Shown here piece after piece: positions 59,121-64,000 of a DNA stretch of 64,000 bases. The stretch's first letter is position 1. Each line of letters starts with the position of its first letter. Source of the stretch: Verrucomicrobiia bacterium (GTDB lineage: Bacteria > Verrucomicrobiota > Verrucomicrobiia > Limisphaerales > UBA1319); assembly GCA_963664225.1 (NCBI GenBank), contig OY760937.1, positions 1,152,001 to 1,216,000 of the forward strand. Reading direction: 5' to 3'. Made by a program: the position numbers and the translations under genes. The notes below the pieces were generated by a model. That model was given only the letters and a program-made list of their open reading frames with translations. It ran no database searches and was not told the DNA's origin.

Positions 59121-61646
59121 ATGAAGAGAAACAATACCTGGAGATGGTTGTTCGTGATTTTTCTCACAGTCTGGGCACTGCGCGAATTATATCCTCCCAC
59201 GGACCAGAATTTGATCACGGTCTTTCAGACTCGTGCGGTGGGCACGGACACGAATTTTACGGCAATCGTAAATCGTGCGCTGGATTTGCAGAAGCGGCTG
59301 CCAGACCGTAGCTATGGAAACCTGATGGAGGCCATTGGCACCAATAGCGTCGCGCAATACTTCCCTGGCTTTAATGTGACCAATGAGCTGGACCCCACCC
59401 GGGTGGTCCTGAACCGTTTGCAGAAAGAGGCGGCGGGCAAGATCAAGTTGGGCTTGGATTTGCGCGGTGGCACATCGTTTCTCGTGGAAATGGAAACGAA
59501 CCGGTTTGGCGCGACCACGGACAAGGACCGCGCTCTGGCCCAAGCCGTGGAAGTGCTGCGCAAACGCGTGGACAAGTTGGGCGTTTCAGAACCCTTAATC
59601 CAACCTTCCGGTAATAATCGCATTACGATCGCATTGCCGGGATTGACCGACGAAGAGAACGAAAGCGCGCGGCGCCAGATTGAAAAGGCGGCCTTCCTCG
59701 AATTTCGAATGGTCCATCCGGACAGTGTGGAGTATATCGAACAGGGAATTCCCGCTCCTGGTTATGAAATTCTAAAGCAAAAGGCCAAGCGTGGCGACAC
59801 ACGCAGCGCGGTCATTTCCTACCTGGTGAAGATCAAAGCGGAGCAGGGACTCACAGGCAAAAACATCAAATACGCCACGGTGGCGCGTCATCCGGTCTCC
59901 AACCAGCCTGAGATTCATTTCACTTTCGATGACGATGGAGCAAAGAAATTCGCCGATCTTACGCGGGAATACAGTCCGCAAGGAAACAAATATTACCAAC
60001 TGGCCATCGTTCTGGATGGCGAGCTGTATTCGGCGCCGCGAATCATGGGCGAAATTCCGGGCGGCAGCGGCACCATTTCAGGGGAGTTCGATGTGCAGGA
60101 GGCTTTTGAACTGGCTAATGTGCTGGAAAATCCGCTGGAGGCTCCCGTCAAAATCGTGGAGGAACGTCGCGTGGATCCTTCACTGGGCAAGGACTCGATC
60201 CATAGCGGATTAATGTCGGCAGTCATTGGAACGGTGGCCGTCTGCGTGTTCATGATCGTCTATTACATGTTCGCCGGATTGGTGGCTAACGTGGCATTGG
60301 CTTTGAATATCGTCATTTTGCTCGGAGTGATGTGCTACGTGGGAACCACGCTGACAATACCGGGTATTGCCGGTGTCGTGCTCACGATCGGTATGGCGGT
60401 GGATGCCAACGTGCTTATTTACGAGCGCATTCGTGAGGAGCTCGCGGCGGGCAAATCCATGCGGGGCGCTCTGTCGGCCGGTTATGACAAGGCATTTGGA
60501 ACCATCTTCGACTCGAACCTGACGACGCTCATTTCATCCGTGATTCTTATTTACATGGGCACAGGTCCGGTCAAGGGCTTCGGCGTGACGCTGACCATCG
60601 GTATCACGGTGAGCATGTTCACGGCACTGGTGGTCACACGGTTGATTTTTGACTGGCTCCTGGAGAAGGGCATGGTTACGAAACTGCCGATGCTTCACCT
60701 CGTGAAGGGCGAGAAATACGATTTCATGCGCTATGCCAAGATGGCGTTCATCACTTCATGGGCGTTGATCGTTGTGGGTTGTGGCTACGGAATCATACGC
60801 GGCAGTGATACGCTGGGCGTTGATTTTCGCGGTGGTGACGATCTGACACTCCAGTTTGCCCAAAAAGTCGAAGTGGACAAGCTTCGCGATGCGGTGAAGA
60901 AAGCCGGTGCAAACGATTCGCTGATCCAGTACCAGCGCAATATCGCCGTGGGCAAGGAAAACCTCCGAATCACGGTTCCATTCGATATGGGATCCAAAGT
61001 GGAGGCCTCTCTGAAGACCCAATTTCCAGCCTCCAAATTTGAGCGTCTTTCGTTGGACAAGGTGGGGCCAACCATTGGAAAGGAGATTCTGAAGTCCGCG
61101 ATCGTGGCAGGCTTGCTGGCGCTCTTCGGTATTCTCATTTACGTGGCGATGCGCTATGAGTTTTCGTTCGCAGTGGGCGCTGTGTTGGCCATTATTCATG
61201 ATATTCTCATGACGATGGGTTGGTTCTGTCTCTCAGGTCGGGAATTCAGCGCTTTAACCGTTCCGGCCATTCTGACCATCATCGGTTTCTCAATCAACGA
61301 CACGATCGTTATCTTCGATCGTATTCGCGAAGACTTGAAGCTGGGGGTTAAGGGCACCTTTACTGAGGTGATGAACAAAGCGTTGAATCAAACCCTGAGC
61401 CGGACGATTATCACGTCAGGAACGGTGTTTCTGTCCACCCTATCATTGTATTTGTTCGGTGGCGGCGTGATCAACGACTTTGCCTTCACGTTCCTGGTGG
61501 GTATTATCACAGGCACCTACTCCAGTATCTACATTGCCAGCGCGATTGTCTTGTGGTGGCACAAAGGCCAACGGCCCATGGACAGCACGCAATTGATCGT
61601 TCAGGAGGACACCGCTCCGACTAAGGCGTTTCCAACAAAGGCATAG
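59121..61646 (+). CDS. secDF: Fused protein translocase SecDF
   Basis: LGLDLRGG and GMAVDANVLIYERIREE (SecD part); GVDFRGG and GFSINDTIVIFDRIRE (SecF part). Confidence 0.95.
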   Translation: MKRNNTWRWLFVIFLTVWALRELYPPTDQNLITVFQTRAVGTDTNFTAIVNRALDLQKRLPDRSYGNLMEAIGTNSVAQYFPGFNVTNELDPTRVVLNRLQKEAAGKIKLGLDLRGGTSFLVEMETNRFGATTDKDRALAQAVEVLRKRVDKLGVSEPLIQPSGNNRITIALPGLTDEENESARRQIEKAAFLEFRMVHPDSVEYIEQGIPAPGYEILKQKAKRGDTRSAVISYLVKIKAEQGLTGKNIKYATVARHPVSNQPEIHFTFDDDGAKKFADLTREYSPQGNKYYQLAIVLDGELYSAPRIMGEIPGGSGTISGEFDVQEAFELANVLENPLEAPVKIVEERRVDPSLGKDSIHSGLMSAVIGTVAVCVFMIVYYMFAGLVANVALALNIVILLGVMCYVGTTLTIPGIAGVVLTIGMAVDANVLIYERIREELAAGKSMRGALSAGYDKAFGTIFDSNLTTLISSVILIYMGTGPVKGFGVTLTIGITVSMFTALVVTRLIFDWLLEKGMVTKLPMLHLVKGEKYDFMRYAKMAFITSWALIVVGCGYGIIRGSDTLGVDFRGGDDLTLQFAQKVEVDKLRDAVKKAGANDSLIQYQRNIAVGKENLRITVPFDMGSKVEASLKTQFPASKFERLSLDKVGPTIGKEILKSAIVAGLLALFGILIYVAMRYEFSFAVGAVLAIIHDILMTMGWFCLSGREFSALTVPAILTIIGFSINDTIVIFDRIREDLKLGVKGTFTEVMNKALNQTLSRTIITSGTVFLSTLSLYLFGGGVINDFAFTFLVGIITGTYSSIYIASAIVLWWHKGQRPMDSTQLIVQEDTAPTKAFPTKA

Positions 61647-61655
61647 GGCTGATCG

Positions 61656-62597
61656 ATGCTCGAACCCGTTCAAATAGGCTTACGGCACTGGATTGGGTTC
61701 GTTGTTTGCATTCTTCTATTTCTGGCACTCGACCTGGGCGTGTTTCACAAACGCGCCCATGTCGTTCGTTTTCGTGAGGCGCTGCTCTGGACCACTTTCT
61801 GGTTTCTGCTCGCCATGCTCTTTGCTTGGAGCCTGGTCCCCAAAATGGGTCGCGAGCATGCGTTGGAATTTGTGACGGGCTACATCATCGAACTTTCGTT
61901 GTCCATGGACAATGTGTTCGTGATCGCCTTGATCTTCTCCTTTTTCCGCGTGCCAGCCCAATATCAGCACCGGGTACTATTTTGGGGAGTGCTTGGAGCG
62001 TTGATTATGCGAGGCGTGATGATCGGGTTGGGAACCGCCTTGATTGTTGAATTTCACTGGATCCTTTATGTCTTCGGAGCTTTTTTGGTGTTCAGTGGCA
62101 TCAAAATGTTGCGCACCAAGGAAGAAGGGGTGCACCCTGACAAAAATCCGATGGTTCGATTGGCCCGTGCCGCTTTCCCGATGACGTCCGAATTTGACGG
62201 CCAACGTTTTGTGACGCACCGCGATGGACAGGTTTTGTTTACGCCAATGGTGCTGGTACTGGTGATGGTGGAAACCACAGACTTGGTATTCGCGCTGGAT
62301 TCCATACCAGCGATTTTTGCGGTCACCCAGAATCCGTTTATTGTGTTCACCTCGAACGTATTCGCGATTTTGGGCTTGCGATCTCTCTACTTTGTCCTGG
62401 CAGGCGCGCTGAAATATTTTCGGTATTTGAAAGCCGGGTTATCGGTGGTTCTCGTGTTTATCGGCTTGAAGATGTTGGTGGCCAAATGGGTGGGAGATTT
62501 TTCTGCGGCATGGTCGCTGGCCGTCGTGGGCTTGATCATCGTGGGTTCAATAGTATTATCACTGTGGGCCGCCTGGCGTGAAAATCGTCGGGCTTGA
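61656..62597 (+). CDS. TerC/Alx-family membrane protein
   Basis: ELSLSMDNVFV, DLVFALDSIPA and SNVFAILGLR. Confidence 0.92.
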   Translation: MLEPVQIGLRHWIGFVVCILLFLALDLGVFHKRAHVVRFREALLWTTFWFLLAMLFAWSLVPKMGREHALEFVTGYIIELSLSMDNVFVIALIFSFFRVPAQYQHRVLFWGVLGALIMRGVMIGLGTALIVEFHWILYVFGAFLVFSGIKMLRTKEEGVHPDKNPMVRLARAAFPMTSEFDGQRFVTHRDGQVLFTPMVLVLVMVETTDLVFALDSIPAIFAVTQNPFIVFTSNVFAILGLRSLYFVLAGALKYFRYLKAGLSVVLVFIGLKMLVAKWVGDFSAAWSLAVVGLIIVGSIVLSLWAAWRENRRA

Positions 62598-62721
62598 CGG
62601 TTCCCTGCCTGTAAAACACCTTTGTCAGTGTGCAAACCTGGGGCATCATATTTCAGCCTGCGTTGGTTATTCGGTCCGAGTCACTTATGCGGATTCATAA
62701 TATTCTCTTTCGTGCGGCGTC

Positions 62722-64000
62722 ATGAAGTTCCGATGGTCATTGGCATTGCCGGAACCTGCTTCAACCCGGGTCCTTGCCGCCGAACTGGGCATTTCGCCGA
62801 TGCTCGCGCAGTGCCTGATTAATCGCGGATTTCGAACCCTTAAAGAAGCTCAGGACTTTCTCGATCCCCGACTCAAGCGACTCTCGGATCCATTTTTACA
62901 TCCGGGAATGAGCGCTGCGGTGGATCGACTCTACGCCGCGAAGGTCAATGGCGAACTTGTCTTGATTTTCGGTGATTACGACGTGGACGGCGTGACTTCG
63001 ACCGCCATTTTGCTGGAGGTTTTCAAGGCCTTGGGAATTCAAGTGGCGCATTACCTGCCCAATCGCCAGAACGATGGGTATGGGTTGAACCAGGAAACGG
63101 TGAGTCGTTGTTTGCAGCGTTATCCTGCCGGGCTCCTGCTCGCTGTGGATTGCGGCAGCACCGCCACGGCAACCATCCAGTGGCTTGGGGAGCAGGGGGT
63201 CGATGTGGTGGTGCTCGATCATCATCAATTATCCGTGCCTCCGCCACCGGCCCTGGCGCTCGTGAATCCGCTGCTGGGAAGAGCAATTCGAAACGACCAG
63301 AGCACCTTGCTGGAGGAGAATCCATGTTCGGCGGGTTTGGCGTTCAAGTTGGCCCATGCGCTCATGAAACGCGGGCGCGAGTTGGGCGTGGCTGCGGCGC
63401 AAACCTTTGATCTAAAATCGCTTTTGGACTTGGTGGCACTTGGCACCATAGCGGACTTGGTGCCGCTGACAGGCGAGAACCGGATTTTTGCTTCCGCTGG
63501 ATTGAAGTGTCTGGATACCACAACGCGACCAGGCCTGAAGGCGTTGAAGGAGGTGTCGCAATTGGATGGCGCCATCGACGTTCACGGCGTTGGTTTCCAA
63601 CTCGCCCCGCGACTGAATGCCGCAGGCAGATTGGCGGACGCGGACGTGGCATTGAGATTGTTACTATGCTCGGAAGCTGGCGAAGCCTCAAAATTGGTTT
63701 CGTTACTCGATTCCAGCAACCGGGAGCGGCAGGACATTGAGCGGGACATCACCAGCGAAGTGGTCAAAACTGTTCAATCCAGATTCAATTCTGATACGGA
63801 CTATGCCATTGTCGAAGGCCATCAGAATTGGCACGTCGGCGTGGTGGGCATCGTGGCGGCCCGTGTGATGCGCCAGTTTTATCGACCCACGATTATTTTA
63901 GGGGGGGATTCCGGGGAATGGCGGGGTTCCGGCAGAAGCATTGAGGGTTTTGACCTGGCAGCCGCCTTGAGCGCCTGCGGTGAAGTTTTGCTCCGGCACG
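62722..64000 (+). CDS. recJ: Single-stranded DNA exonuclease RecJ (runs off the window end; absent from the ORF track)
   Basis: Manual translation: MKFRW..., GDYDVDGVTS, YLPNR, VDCG, LDHH, GTIADLVPL, PRLNAAGR, GVVGIVA and GSGRS. Confidence 0.93.
   Translation, partial: MKFRWSLALPEPASTRVLAAELGISPMLAQCLINRGFRTLKEAQDFLDPRLKRLSDPFLHPGMSAAVDRLYAAKVNGELVLIFGDYDVDGVTSTAILLEVFKALGIQVAHYLPNRQNDGYGLNQETVSRCLQRYPAGLLLAVDCGSTATATIQWLGEQGVDVVVLDHHQLSVPPPPALALVNPLLGRAIRNDQSTLLEENPCSAGLAFKLAHALMKRGRELGVAAAQTFDLKSLLDLVALGTIADLVPLTGENRIFASAGLKCLDTTTRPGLKALKEVSQLDGAIDVHGVGFQLAPRLNAAGRLADADVALRLLLCSEAGEASKLVSLLDSSNRERQDIERDITSEVVKTVQSRFNSDTDYAIVEGHQNWHVGVVGIVAARVMRQFYRPTIILGGDSGEWRGSGRSIEGFDLAAALSACGEVLLRH

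Noticed and set aside
59121..61646. SecD-SecF fusion as a novelty
   Set aside because: Fused SecDF is common in many phyla.
61600..61656. yybP-ykoY riboswitch upstream of terC
   Set aside because: Only 9 nt separate secDF and terC, and no riboswitch motif was recognised.
1..64000. CRISPR arrays, IS elements, rRNA
   Set aside because: No regularly spaced direct repeats, transposase ORFs or rRNA-like sequence seen on manual reading.

Overview
A gene-dense, ~55-57% GC bacterial chromosomal segment with about 53 protein genes and one tRNA-Val(TAC). I found no CRISPR array, integrase, transposase or phage genes. Gene content and protein style suggest Verrucomicrobiota/PVC; this is inference, not a database result. 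Housekeeping genes: gnd, bioB, mutS, yajC-secDF-terC-recJ (recJ is cut by the window end), yhbY, FKBP, cutA and a copA-like ATPase. Carbohydrate genes: GH18-like multidomain protein, GH15, GH33, GH29 and a deacetylase/NagB-like/epimerase/oxidoreductase operon. Envelope signalling modules: two ECF sigma/anti-sigma/large-protein triplets, a YtrA-GntR/ABC module, a BlaI/M56 pair and a REC-HisKA-HATPase-REC-LytTR fusion. The most striking observation is that the extracytoplasmic part of the BlaR1-like M56 protease (20765-23170) is a clear paralogue of the soluble domain of a DUF2723/TMEM260-like glycosyltransferase (45690-49538) ~25 kb away, which itself follows an ECF sigma/anti-sigma pair. This suggests a signalling system built from a glycosyltransferase domain. 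Also notable: a BioB with an altered auxiliary-cluster ligand set, visible operator palindromes for BlaI and GntR, and many apparently leaderless promoters.
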